Source: an uncultured bacterium
GTDB taxonomy: Bacteria > Margulisbacteria > WOR-1 > O2-12-FULL-45-9
Assembly: GCA_964568455.1 (NCBI GenBank)
Contig: CAZMPJ010000002.1
Location: 21,769 to 85,768 of the forward strand
Direction: 5' to 3'
Length of the DNA: 64,000 bases
The notes under the pieces: generated by a model
Database searches by the model: none
Seen by the model: only the letters and a program-made list of their open reading frames with translations
What the model was told of the DNA's origin: nothing
Program-made: the position numbers and the translations under genes
Part shown: positions 1-9,777 of the stretch, piece by piece
Position numbering within the stretch: position 1 is the stretch's first letter
Layout of the letters: each line of letters opens with the position of its first letter

Positions 1-1861
1 TGAAGCGCATGTTAGCCATAAAAGACTTTCCGGAGACCCTTATATTACTCATCCTCTAGCTGTTGCTCATGTTTTGGCGGAGATCAAGCAAGACGAACAA
101 GTATTAGCTGCGGCCTTGTTGCATGATGTGGTGGAGGATGCAGATGTAACCAATCAAGAATTAGCTCAACTATTTGGCAAAGAAGTGGCCCATTTAGTAG
201 AAGGTGTAACCAAGCTTTCGCAGTTTAGTTTTATCAGTCGCGAAGTTCAGCAAGCAGAAAACTTCCGCAAAATGTTTGTGGCTATGGGTGAAGATTTCAG
301 GATTATTCTTATTAAACTTGCTGACCGATTGCATAATATGCAGACTTTACAGTATTTACCCCCGGCTAAACAAAAAGCAACCTCCCTTGAAACCCGAGAA
401 ATTTTTGCGCCTTTGGCTCATCGTCTAGGTATGTGGCGGCTTAAATGGGAACTAGAAGATTATGCTTTTTTCTACTTAGAGCCAGATAAGTATGAAGAAA
501 TAAAAAGCAAAGTGGCAGAAAGCCGAACCGGACGCGAAGACTATATCCAAAAGTTTATCCAAGAAGTTACTGCCATGCTGAAAAAAGTTAATATTGAATG
601 CAGAATTTATGGCCGGCCCAAACATTTTTACAGTATTTACCATAAAATGGTTGACCAAAACATTGATTTTGATGAGATCTACGATTTAACTGCTGTGCGT
701 ATTATTGTAAAAAGCGTAAAAGAATGTTATGCGGTTTTAGGGGTAGCGCACGCAGCCTGGAAACCGATTCCCGGACGATTTCGTGATTATATTGCTATGC
801 CAAAATCAAATGGCTACCAGTCATTGCATACTACTTTAATTGGCAGCCGGGGAAGGCCGGTGGAAGTGCAAATTCGCACCGAAGAAATGCATGCTATTTC
901 TGAGCATGGAATTGCAGCTCATTGGCGTTATAAAGAAGGGCCTACCGACGAAAAATTAGATAAAAGAATGTCCTGGTTTAGAGAAATGATGGAGTGGCAG
1001 CATGAGCTCAAAGACGCTAAAGACTTTATGGATAGTTTGAAAGTAGGCCTTTTTGATGATGAAGTCTTTGTTTTTACCCCCAAAGGAGATGTTTACAGTT
1101 TGCCCATTGATGCTACCCCGATTGATTTTGCTTATCGGGTGCATACAGAGGTGGGGCATCGCTCAATTGGAGCCAGGGTTAATGGCCGCATTGTACCGCT
1201 AAACCATGAGTTGAGCAGCGGAAATATTGTAGAAATTTTAACCGGTAAAAAAGATAATCCTTCGCGCGATTGGCTGCGTTTTGTCAAAACTCCGGGAGCC
1301 AGGGTTAAAATTCGTAATTGGTTTAAGAAACATAAGATTATTATTAAGCCGGAAGAAAGCATATCTGTTCCCGCGCCCAAAAAGCAGGTTGTTCCAGCGT
1401 TAGGAAAAACGCGAAAAAAATCAAAAAGTGGAGTCAAGGTTACCGGGTTGAGTAATGTTTTAATTAAAATTTCCAAATGCTGTAATCCTATACCAGGAGA
1501 TAAAATTACTGGTTACGTGACTCAAGGACGAGGAATTGCTATCCACCGCAGTAAATGTAAGAACGTAAAAATCGAAAAGATCGCAAAAGACAAATTTGTG
1601 CCGGTAGAGTGGGAAGTAAATAAAGACTTGTTCTATTCAGTAGAACTTTATATAGAAGCTTTTGATCGGGTGGGGATATTTAAAGATATCTTGGGTCAGG
1701 TGGCAGAAACGAAAACTAATGTTTCAGCTGCCAAAGTTACTACTAAACGCGGCAGCAGCGCTATGGTTAAATTGAGTGTGGATGTTAAAGATGTTAAGCA
1801 TTTAAACCAAGTAATTATTGCCATTCAAAAAGTCTCTGATGTCTATAATGTACATCGTTAA
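1..1861 (+). CDS. rel: bifunctional (p)ppGpp synthetase/hydrolase RelA/SpoT family, 5' end outside window
   Basis: HD motif (HPLAVA..LLHDVVED) at the start, RelA_SpoT synthetase region, TGS- and ACT-like C-terminus. The frame is open back to position 2, so the gene is truncated by the window edge. Confidence 0.85.
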   Translation, partial: EAHVSHKRLSGDPYITHPLAVAHVLAEIKQDEQVLAAALLHDVVEDADVTNQELAQLFGKEVAHLVEGVTKLSQFSFISREVQQAENFRKMFVAMGEDFRIILIKLADRLHNMQTLQYLPPAKQKATSLETREIFAPLAHRLGMWRLKWELEDYAFFYLEPDKYEEIKSKVAESRTGREDYIQKFIQEVTAMLKKVNIECRIYGRPKHFYSIYHKMVDQNIDFDEIYDLTAVRIIVKSVKECYAVLGVAHAAWKPIPGRFRDYIAMPKSNGYQSLHTTLIGSRGRPVEVQIRTEEMHAISEHGIAAHWRYKEGPTDEKLDKRMSWFREMMEWQHELKDAKDFMDSLKVGLFDDEVFVFTPKGDVYSLPIDATPIDFAYRVHTEVGHRSIGARVNGRIVPLNHELSSGNIVEILTGKKDNPSRDWLRFVKTPGARVKIRNWFKKHKIIIKPEESISVPAPKKQVVPALGKTRKKSKSGVKVTGLSNVLIKISKCCNPIPGDKITGYVTQGRGIAIHRSKCKNVKIEKIAKDKFVPVEWEVNKDLFYSVELYIEAFDRVGIFKDILGQVAETKTNVSAAKVTTKRGSSAMVKLSVDVKDVKHLNQVIIAIQKVSDVYNVHR

Positions 1862-1882
1862 ATAGCCGTGTTATAATAAATT

Positions 1883-2590
1883 ATGCCTGCTCGTACGCAA
1901 AAAATTCTTGAAAATATAGCGGCAAATAGCCGAATTGCGTCGGCTTATATGTTCTTGGGACCGCCTCAAAGCGGAAAACAAGTTGCAGCAGAGTCTTTTT
2001 CCGAAACTCTTAAATGCAGTAAGCAAGATCAGTTTGTGCTAAGCCCGGATGGGGCCAGCATTAAAATTAATCAGATAAAAGATTTGCAAAGTATAGTTCG
2101 TTACGGCCCATCAATCAGTCCTTATTTTGTGGTAATTATTAAAAAAGCAGATAGCTTAACTGACCAGGCGGTAGCTGCCTTACTTAAGACGCTAGAAGAG
2201 CCTCCGAAAGGTGTGGTTTTTATCCTTTTAGTGGAAAGAGAAGATAAAATCCCGGCAACCATTCACTCTCGCTGCCAAAAGATAGTTTTTTCCGAAGCAG
2301 TGGTGAGTTGGCAGGAAAAAGAAGAATGGAAAAGTTTTTATAAAGCTTTGGGGCAAATACAAAATAAAAGAAAAAGCGAATGTTTGCTCTTAGCCAAAGA
2401 ATTAGCCGGTCATAAAGATGAAATTGAAGAAATGCTTTATGATTTTGCTTGTTTTTCCCGCTATAGCTTGCTTAAGGAAAAATTTGCTAGAATAATACTG
2501 GATACAGTGCGCTTTATAAAGCGTCGGGCCAATCTTAAGGTGGCTTTAGACGTGATGTGTTTGCATTTGGGGGAAAATTATGCCGGATAA
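1883..2590 (+). CDS. holB: DNA polymerase III delta' subunit
   Basis: N-terminal AAA+-like GPPQSGK motif, ALLKTLEEPP, and the SRCQ sensor motif typical of delta'. It sits directly upstream of yaaT as in Bacillus. Confidence 0.7.
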   Translation: MPARTQKILENIAANSRIASAYMFLGPPQSGKQVAAESFSETLKCSKQDQFVLSPDGASIKINQIKDLQSIVRYGPSISPYFVVIIKKADSLTDQAVAALLKTLEEPPKGVVFILLVEREDKIPATIHSRCQKIVFSEAVVSWQEKEEWKSFYKALGQIQNKRKSECLLLAKELAGHKDEIEEMLYDFACFSRYSLLKEKFARIILDTVRFIKRRANLKVALDVMCLHLGENYAG

Positions 2591-3284
2591 AAAGAGTAAC
2601 AATGCAATAGAATTAAGAAAGTTTAAAAGACTCTGTCCTATTATTGGCTATAAACAAGAGTCAATTAAAGTAGGGGCGGCGGTTATTATCCAAACGGATC
2701 GTGGAATTGAATTTGGTAAAATCTTAAAACTAAAAAAGGGAATTGGTCAGGGGCCAAAAGATGTTAGGCTGAAAAAAATAATCCGTTATGCTACTGCTGA
2801 AGATTTGGAAAAAGTTAAAGCGCTGCCTGATCTTGAACAAAAGGCTTTTCAAGTTGCCCAACAGAAAGCCCTGGAACATGAATTGCCAATTAAGATTGTT
2901 GAGAGTGAATATCTTTTTGATACCAATCGTGCAATTGTTTATTATAAGGTTGCCAGCGGGAAAAAAGTAAAAAATATGCGGGATTTATCTCGCGACTTAT
3001 CAACCACTATTAAGGCCCGGGTAGACCTGAGGCAGGTTTCTCCCCGGGATGAAGCTCGGTTTATTGGAGGTTTGGGGCATTGCGGAAGAAATCTTTGCTG
3101 CAGTTCCTGGCTTGAAAAACCCCGGCACGTAACGGTTAAAATGGTTAAAGAGCAGGGGCTTAGCTTGTCACCCACCAAAACCTCAGGCATGTGTGGTAGG
3201 CTTATGTGTTGTTTGGAGTATGAGCATGAAAAAAAATCTAGTAGGAAAGGGGGCAGGACAATAAATGACCAGGGTAGAAATTAG
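2580..3284 (+). CDS. ricT: PSP1 C-terminal domain protein (YaaT/RicT-like)
   Basis: Cys-rich GRNLCC...MCGRLMCCLEYEHE motif of the PSP1/YaaT family. Conserved holB-yaaT synteny. Confidence 0.7.
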   Translation: MPDKKSNNAIELRKFKRLCPIIGYKQESIKVGAAVIIQTDRGIEFGKILKLKKGIGQGPKDVRLKKIIRYATAEDLEKVKALPDLEQKAFQVAQQKALEHELPIKIVESEYLFDTNRAIVYYKVASGKKVKNMRDLSRDLSTTIKARVDLRQVSPRDEARFIGGLGHCGRNLCCSSWLEKPRHVTVKMVKEQGLSLSPTKTSGMCGRLMCCLEYEHEKKSSRKGGRTINDQGRN

Positions 3285-3459
3285 AAGAAAAGAAGACTTA
3301 GAAAGAGCTTTGAGAAAGTTTAAAACCAAAATTAAAAAAGAAGGAATCATTGACGAAATCAAGAAACGCGAATTTTACGAAAAGCCTTCTCAGAAAAGAC
3401 GAAAACGCGCAGAAGCCGCTCGTCGAAGGGAACTAAAACGCCGTAGAGAGGCTGAATGA
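3265..3459 (+). CDS. rpsU: 30S ribosomal protein S21
   Basis: 64 aa, highly basic, RREFYEKPSQKRRKR motif characteristic of bS21. Confidence 0.8.
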   Translation: MTRVEIRRKEDLERALRKFKTKIKKEGIIDEIKKREFYEKPSQKRRKRAEAARRRELKRRREAE

Positions 3460-4532
3460 AGGTATTAGATCGCTATATTTCGATTGAGATAATTGGCCCC
3501 TTTTTAATAGGGGTGGTGGGGTTTGTCATGGTAATGACGGTTGATTTACTGTTTACTATGGCTGACCTCATTATTAATAAAGGGGTTCCGCTTTGGGCCG
3601 TGCTCAAGCTTTTAGTTTACAAATTACCCTCTATTATGGTGCTTACTTTTCCGGTATCAACTTTATTTGCTACTGCTATGGCTTTAGGCCGTTTTTCTAA
3701 AAATAATGAGATTGTGGCTTTGCGCACTTCCGGGGTTACTATGTTTCGTATTGCCCTGCCGATTTTAGCTATTGGACTTTTAGTTAGCCTAGCTTCTTTT
3801 ATTACTAACGAAAAAATTGTTCCCCACGCCAATCATGTGGCCACCAATATTATCCGGCAGATTATTTACAAGCGACCTCTTCCAGAAGTAAAAGAAAACA
3901 TCTTTTTTAAAGATGCTTATGATCGCTTTTATTATGCTAAGCGCGTAGATATGAAAAACAAGACTATAGACGGCGTAATGGTTTATGAGGTTGTTGGTGA
4001 AAAATTTCCTCGTGTTATTTTAGCAGACAAAGCCCGTTTTGAGGGCCGTATTTGGGAGCTAGAAAACGGCACTCTCCATAAATATGACCAAGAAGGTTTT
4101 CTAAAATACGAGGCTTCTTTTTCCGATATAAAGCTTAATGTTTCTGAAGATGTGCTGGAGTTTTCTAAAAATAAAAACGCAGAAGAAATGAATTCGGGTG
4201 AGCTTTCCGGGATGATTGGTATGCTGGAGAGTGGAGGAGTAAAAACCAACGCCTTGCGCACCGAATTATTTATGAAATATTCTGTGCCTATTACTTGTCT
4301 GGTTTTTGCCTTAGTAGGAATACCTTTTTCTCTGCCTTCTCCTCGGTCGGGTCGGACCTGGGGTTTGATTGTAACTATAGTTTTTATGTTTACTTTTTAT
4401 GTTTTTGCTTCGGTATTTAGGTCGTTGGGGAGGGGTGGTATTGTGAGTCCATTTTTTGCGGCGTTTACCCCGCAGCTGACCTTTGCCGCAATTGGAGGGA
4501 TATTGCTTTTTAAGGAGGGGTGGTATAAATAA
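3456..4532 (+). CDS. LptF/LptG family LPS export permease (YjgP/YjgQ)
   Basis: About 358 aa. Transmembrane segments at both ends flank a periplasmic beta-jellyroll-like middle region. Paralogous to the ORF at 12487-13584. Confidence 0.6.
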   Translation: MKVLDRYISIEIIGPFLIGVVGFVMVMTVDLLFTMADLIINKGVPLWAVLKLLVYKLPSIMVLTFPVSTLFATAMALGRFSKNNEIVALRTSGVTMFRIALPILAIGLLVSLASFITNEKIVPHANHVATNIIRQIIYKRPLPEVKENIFFKDAYDRFYYAKRVDMKNKTIDGVMVYEVVGEKFPRVILADKARFEGRIWELENGTLHKYDQEGFLKYEASFSDIKLNVSEDVLEFSKNKNAEEMNSGELSGMIGMLESGGVKTNALRTELFMKYSVPITCLVFALVGIPFSLPSPRSGRTWGLIVTIVFMFTFYVFASVFRSLGRGGIVSPFFAAFTPQLTFAAIGGILLFKEGWYK

Positions 4533-6868
4533 TGAAAAACCCATCTGCTCTAAGGGAAAGCGCTAAACTTTCTTTAGGCCAAGAGGATTATCGCCTGGCT
4601 CAAAAGGGTTTTATGCAAGCCATCAAACTTTGCCCCCGTCTTCTTCCAGAAGTTATCTTGGATTATGAAAAGGAAATAGAAAAACACCCGGAAAAAATAG
4701 GAATTTGGCTTTCTTTGGCCGGTTTTAAGGTGCAGATCGGTGAAATTGATAATGCCGTCTTAGAACTGGAAGAAGCGCTGGAAAAACACGATAAAAATAT
4801 TGAAGCTTACAACTTGCTGGGTAAAATTTATATAAAACAGGAACGCATTGACGATGCCATTATCCTTTTGGAAAAATCGGTAAGGCAAGGGATAAAAGAT
4901 ATTTCCTTAGCGGAAATTTTAGCTGGAGCTTATTTAGAAAAAGGCAGAATAAAAGAAGCAACGCAGTTTTATAATGAAGTTTTAAAATACCGTCCGAGCG
5001 ATAAAAATATTTTACGAGTACTAGGTGATTTATATACTCGCTTAGAAGAATATCATAAGGCGGCAGAGTGTTATCAAAACATGTTCTCTGATGACCCAGA
5101 GGTTGGCCGCGAAGTAATTCAGCGTTTAGAGGAATTATTAAAAAAAAGGGAAGGCAGTATTTATATCCGGGAAATATTGTCTGATATTTATATGAAATCG
5201 CTTAAGCCGGAAGAAGCAATAGATAAATTAAAAGAAATTGTAAGATTAGATCATACTAGGTTGGAAGATGTTACCGTTCGCCTAAAAGGTGTGTTGCGCA
5301 ATTATCCTGGACACCCAAAAACAAGTTTGGCTTTGGCAGAAGTTTTGCGCATGCAAGGCAATTACAGCGAAGCTTCTGAAGTTTACCGTACTTTGGCCAA
5401 GGATAACCCCGATTATATGGGAAGAGCGATTGCTGGTTATCAGGATATTTTAGATCTTTGTCCAGAACAAGCCTTGGCCCGGCCTTATTTAGCCGAAAGT
5501 TATCTTTTTCAAAAACAAGTAAAAAGCGCTTTACAAGAATTTGACCAGATGGTTAAGTATGATCCAAATAATGCTGACATGGTTATTCGCCGTGCTAGAG
5601 AAATCTCAAAAAGCCAGCCTCAACTTTTATATGCCCATTATGTTTTAGGTCGGGCTTACCTGGCTAAAGGAGACTTGCAAAGGGCACTGGTTGAGGCAGA
5701 AAGCATTCTTGCTGTAGACAAAAAATTTATTGAAGCTTATTTGCTTATTGGCGAAACGTATTATCAAATGAAAATGTCAAGAAAAGCTTGTGAAACTCTT
5801 CGCCAGGCATTGGCCATTGATCCCTACAACCGTTTAGTGCAGGAAAAATATAAAGAAGTTAAAGAAAAAGAGTTGGACCTGGAAATAGCTTCTTTAAAAG
5901 AAAAAGTTTCTCAAGATCAATGGAAAATGGCGTTCCATCTTGATTTAGCCAAGCTTTATCTGCAAAAAGGAGAAGAGGAAACCGCCATCAGGGAATTACA
6001 GTTGGCTTTAAAAGAAAAATCCCGCGCGCCTTTTGCTTATAATTTATTAGGTTGTATTTATCGCGGACAGGGTAGATATGATTTGGCTGCCGCTCAATTT
6101 AACCGTGCTTTAGAAATTGCGCCCAAAGAATTAGCCGAGTTTTCTCGCTCAGTTAAATTTAATATTGGTACCACGCATGAAGCCCTGGGCCAGCTGAAAA
6201 AGGCTTTAAAAATATATGAGTCTATTTTGCAAGAAAACATTGATTTTGGGAATTTAAAAAACAAAGTTAAATATTTAAAATCTACCAGTCTGCAAAGTAT
6301 GCGTAATCGCGGGCTTTTGGCAGTGGTCTCTTATTTTGGCCGGGACGACATTGTTGCAATGTGGGGTAGAGAGGTAAAAACAGGCCGTGGTAAAAAAGAA
6401 GAAGTAAGCTTATCCTTTGGGCAAAATCATAATACAGATGGTTATGATCTTTTTATGAAAGGAATGTACAAAGCTGCCTTGGAAGAATTTCAATTAGCCG
6501 TGCAGCTCGATACTAAATTTGCCAACGGTTTGAATAATTGGGCGATTGCTCTAGCTAAAGAAGGCCGTTTTAATGACGCTAAATCAAAACTTGAAAAGGC
6601 AGTGGATATTAGCCCTAGTTCACCTGTTTTTCGCAATAATCTGGGTTTGGTTTATTTTATTTTGGGCCATTTAAAAAGTGCAAAAAAGGAAATCGAAAAA
6701 GCTTATGCCATTGATCCGGATTCTTCTGCCATTGCGATTAATCTAGGAGATGTTTGTTATTTGAAAGGGGATATCGAAACCGCACTTAAGCTTTACCAAA
6801 AAGTAGGTAAGTTTGATATGTTATCTGAAATTGCGGAGCGAAGATTAATTCACAAAACTTCTAATTAA
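4532..6868 (+). CDS. TPR-repeat protein (778 aa)
   Basis: Many 34-aa TPR-like repeats (A..Y...G.....A...). Translationally coupled between the lptF-like gene and lptD. Confidence 0.55.
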   Translation: MKNPSALRESAKLSLGQEDYRLAQKGFMQAIKLCPRLLPEVILDYEKEIEKHPEKIGIWLSLAGFKVQIGEIDNAVLELEEALEKHDKNIEAYNLLGKIYIKQERIDDAIILLEKSVRQGIKDISLAEILAGAYLEKGRIKEATQFYNEVLKYRPSDKNILRVLGDLYTRLEEYHKAAECYQNMFSDDPEVGREVIQRLEELLKKREGSIYIREILSDIYMKSLKPEEAIDKLKEIVRLDHTRLEDVTVRLKGVLRNYPGHPKTSLALAEVLRMQGNYSEASEVYRTLAKDNPDYMGRAIAGYQDILDLCPEQALARPYLAESYLFQKQVKSALQEFDQMVKYDPNNADMVIRRAREISKSQPQLLYAHYVLGRAYLAKGDLQRALVEAESILAVDKKFIEAYLLIGETYYQMKMSRKACETLRQALAIDPYNRLVQEKYKEVKEKELDLEIASLKEKVSQDQWKMAFHLDLAKLYLQKGEEETAIRELQLALKEKSRAPFAYNLLGCIYRGQGRYDLAAAQFNRALEIAPKELAEFSRSVKFNIGTTHEALGQLKKALKIYESILQENIDFGNLKNKVKYLKSTSLQSMRNRGLLAVVSYFGRDDIVAMWGREVKTGRGKKEEVSLSFGQNHNTDGYDLFMKGMYKAALEEFQLAVQLDTKFANGLNNWAIALAKEGRFNDAKSKLEKAVDISPSSPVFRNNLGLVYFILGHLKSAKKEIEKAYAIDPDSSAIAINLGDVCYLKGDIETALKLYQKVGKFDMLSEIAERRLIHKTSN

Positions 6869-9136
6869 ATGAAACATTCATTGATTATATTTTGTATCTT
6901 GTTTCTTGCTTCTTGTGTTTTAGCCGAAGAAATCCCAGTAAACATCAAAGCCGAAACCTTAAAATACATTGAAGATACTGGAGTTATTCACGCCACCGGT
7001 TCGGTTGAGGTTTACTTAAAAGACGCTTATATCAAGTCTGATTCCCTTTTTATTGATCCCAATACTAATATTGCAACTGCAGAGGGAAATGTTTATTTAA
7101 TTACCAAAAAACACCGAGCTAAAGCAGGCTATTTTACTTATAACATTAGTACCGAAGTTTCTTCCTTTGTTAGTTTTGAGGGGGTTGCCGGCCCAGGCCT
7201 TCATCTGAGGGTAGGCAAGCTGGAAGAAAGAAATAAAAATTATTTTGGCGAACAGGGATTTATTACTACTTGTGATTATGAAGAAGAGCATTATTATAAT
7301 GTTGCCCAAAAAGTTGAATATTATCCTGAAGATAAAATTATTGGCTATAACGTTACTACTTATGTGGGTAGGGTGCCTATTTTTTGGACACCCTATTTAA
7401 TCTATGATATCAACGAGAAGCAAAAAACTAACTGGCAGATTGGCCATAACGGTGTTGAAGGTGATTATGTTAAATCAAGCTGGCGATATCCTTTAGGCAT
7501 CCTTTACCTGGATTATATGGAAAAAAAGGGTTTTGGTAAAGGGACTAGTCTTGATTATGCGATTGCGGGGTTTGGGTTGGGAAGCCTTTATTTATATCAT
7601 TTGCAGGAAAATGATACTAATACTACTGACTGGATAACCAAAATCAGGCATGCAAAACAGCTTGATGCCAATACCAAACTCAATTTTAACCATGATTACA
7701 TAGTTACTTATTTAATTCCTTCCGGCAGGCGTGACCAAACTGCGGTTAATATTAATTTAAATCATAAAAGTGATTCGAAATGGAACATTAAAATGGATAG
7801 TCTTGATGATCGTATGGGTTCCTTGGGTAAATATACGTTAGGACTAAATCATTATTACGACAAAGCCACTACTAATTATTACTATGATTATAATTATTTA
7901 AAAAAAGATCCGGAATGGAGAAGACTTAGCCAGCGGTTTTATCATCGAAGACCTTTGGGCTTTAGCAATGGTAATTTTACTACTCGAATTAACTATTCCA
8001 GCAATAAGGCTAGTGAAGGGGCGCCGGCTGACCAGATCATGGAGCCAATGGTAGAATTTACTGGTAAGGAGAAATATTTTTCCTGGAAATTAACCGAAAA
8101 CTTGTATGTGGATGTAGACGGAGCAGAATATCAAGACGATGCCGACCACCAATATTTAGAAAAACTGCCAGAACTGGATATTAATTTAAATTCTTACAAT
8201 ACTCCGTTTTTTAGATTAAGGCCTTCTTTTGGTTATGGTTATTATCACGAAGTAAAATATTTAGCTGCCATGCGTGGCAACCGTGACTTTGCTACTTCAA
8301 GATACCGAGGTACTTTGAATGCGGATAAGAATTTTCGAGTGGGCCGATGGTCAAGGTTAACTTTGCGAGCAGGCATCGACCAATTTCAATATGGGCCTGG
8401 AGACCAATTATACGCTTATCGTGAAGGAGTAAATTTAAGGACAAATGCGGGAGGATTTTTCCGCAATAACATCGACTATAAAAAAGGCTATACCAATGGT
8501 AATACTCCTTTTTTGTTTGACCAAATCGGTACCCGCTATAATAGCATAAACGAAAAAATGACTTTTTATTATCTCAGTAATTTTAACTGGAGTACCACCG
8601 GCGGATATAATTGGCAAACCTATAAATGGTTTGATGTGATGACCAGTCTTTTAATCCGACCCAACAGTGTTTTTTATTGGAGTCTAAGGACTGGTTGGGA
8701 TCTTGAAAACACGGTTTATAAGGATTTGGTTCAACGTTTTACCGTAAATCCGGCTAGTTATCTGGGGTTGCAGTTTGCCACGGTTTCCAGTTTAAATAAT
8801 GGTGAAATGAGATCAGGCAGTATTTTATATAATTTTAAATTGCTTGAAGGGCAAAAAAATGAGTGGAAAGTACAACTTAGGCAGGTGCTGGATACTACCT
8901 CAAGAGAATTTAAGCTGCGTGATATAATGGTGGTTAAAGATTTACATTGTTGGCGGCTAACCTATACTTATTCAGATTACAGAAAAGAATTCAGCTTAAA
9001 AGTTAGCTTAGATGCTTTTCCTGATGATCCAGTTGGTTTTGCTACCGGCAAAGGTTTTCATTATGAGGGTGCGGAAAGAAGACTTAATGAGATGAAAAAT
9101 GAATTAAAACCCGAAGGATCAATTAAAAGGTATTAA
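6869..9136 (+). CDS. lptD: LPS assembly outer membrane protein LptD
   Basis: Signal peptide. OstA-like N-terminal region (IKAETLKYIEDTGVIHATGSVEVY..IKSDSLFID). The VPIFWTPYL motif matches the conserved LptD GPVPIFYSPY segment. Beta-rich 755-aa protein. Confidence 0.65.
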   Translation: MKHSLIIFCILFLASCVLAEEIPVNIKAETLKYIEDTGVIHATGSVEVYLKDAYIKSDSLFIDPNTNIATAEGNVYLITKKHRAKAGYFTYNISTEVSSFVSFEGVAGPGLHLRVGKLEERNKNYFGEQGFITTCDYEEEHYYNVAQKVEYYPEDKIIGYNVTTYVGRVPIFWTPYLIYDINEKQKTNWQIGHNGVEGDYVKSSWRYPLGILYLDYMEKKGFGKGTSLDYAIAGFGLGSLYLYHLQENDTNTTDWITKIRHAKQLDANTKLNFNHDYIVTYLIPSGRRDQTAVNINLNHKSDSKWNIKMDSLDDRMGSLGKYTLGLNHYYDKATTNYYYDYNYLKKDPEWRRLSQRFYHRRPLGFSNGNFTTRINYSSNKASEGAPADQIMEPMVEFTGKEKYFSWKLTENLYVDVDGAEYQDDADHQYLEKLPELDINLNSYNTPFFRLRPSFGYGYYHEVKYLAAMRGNRDFATSRYRGTLNADKNFRVGRWSRLTLRAGIDQFQYGPGDQLYAYREGVNLRTNAGGFFRNNIDYKKGYTNGNTPFLFDQIGTRYNSINEKMTFYYLSNFNWSTTGGYNWQTYKWFDVMTSLLIRPNSVFYWSLRTGWDLENTVYKDLVQRFTVNPASYLGLQFATVSSLNNGEMRSGSILYNFKLLEGQKNEWKVQLRQVLDTTSREFKLRDIMVVKDLHCWRLTYTYSDYRKEFSLKVSLDAFPDDPVGFATGKGFHYEGAERRLNEMKNELKPEGSIKRY

Positions 9137-9777
9137 TGAGAAATAAATTTTTTATATTCTTTATATTGTTGGTTTTTGTTGGGGGTTGTGCTAAGACAGT
9201 TACTCCTTTAGTAACTTTTGGAGAACAGATGATTGTAACGGTAACCATGCGGGGCACGATTGATGTTATTAATAGTCGCTATTTCTTGGTTTTGAGTTCC
9301 AGTTCCAGCCTAAATGTTCCTCTTCCTCCGCCGGATAATGTGGAATATGAAATGATTGAACCGGGCACGGAGCCAGTGCAAGGATCAGAAGAAGCTTATT
9401 ACACAGATTATTATTCTACCTGGAGCGGCTATTTAATTGCTGAGCCGGGTGGTTATTATCTTGTGCCTGGTCCATTTGTGCAAGGTCAAATTACTACTAG
9501 AGAATCTTTGGCTTTTATCGACCAGATCAATAATACTTTAACTTACAGTTTTGACGTAAGCAAGATATTTGGCACTACTGTTCCAGATGATATTTATTTT
9601 GATGTAGTCAGTGTTGATTGGCCAGATGGCCAGAAAAAACTATCGCAGGATCATTTAACTTCAACCAATGCTTATATTTCCAAAATTTCTGGTTCAATTA
9701 TTGAAATAGATGATGGAATAGATAGCGAGCTGGCAGCTGATCTTGATATAATAAGCTGCAAAGCAGAGATGCAATGA
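9136..9777 (+). CDS. hypothetical lipoprotein
   Basis: Signal peptide with a lipobox-like FVGGC. No recognisable domain. Confidence 0.4.
   Translation: MRNKFFIFFILLVFVGGCAKTVTPLVTFGEQMIVTVTMRGTIDVINSRYFLVLSSSSSLNVPLPPPDNVEYEMIEPGTEPVQGSEEAYYTDYYSTWSGYLIAEPGGYYLVPGPFVQGQITTRESLAFIDQINNTLTYSFDVSKIFGTTVPDDIYFDVVSVDWPDGQKKLSQDHLTSTNAYISKISGSIIEIDDGIDSELAADLDIISCKAEMQ

Noticed and set aside
476-1476. Small antisense ORFs inside rel (476-658, 956-1159, 1132-1476) and similar ORFs inside other large genes
   Set aside because: They lie within confidently assigned genes on the opposite strand and lack motifs. They are typical six-frame noise in AT-rich DNA.
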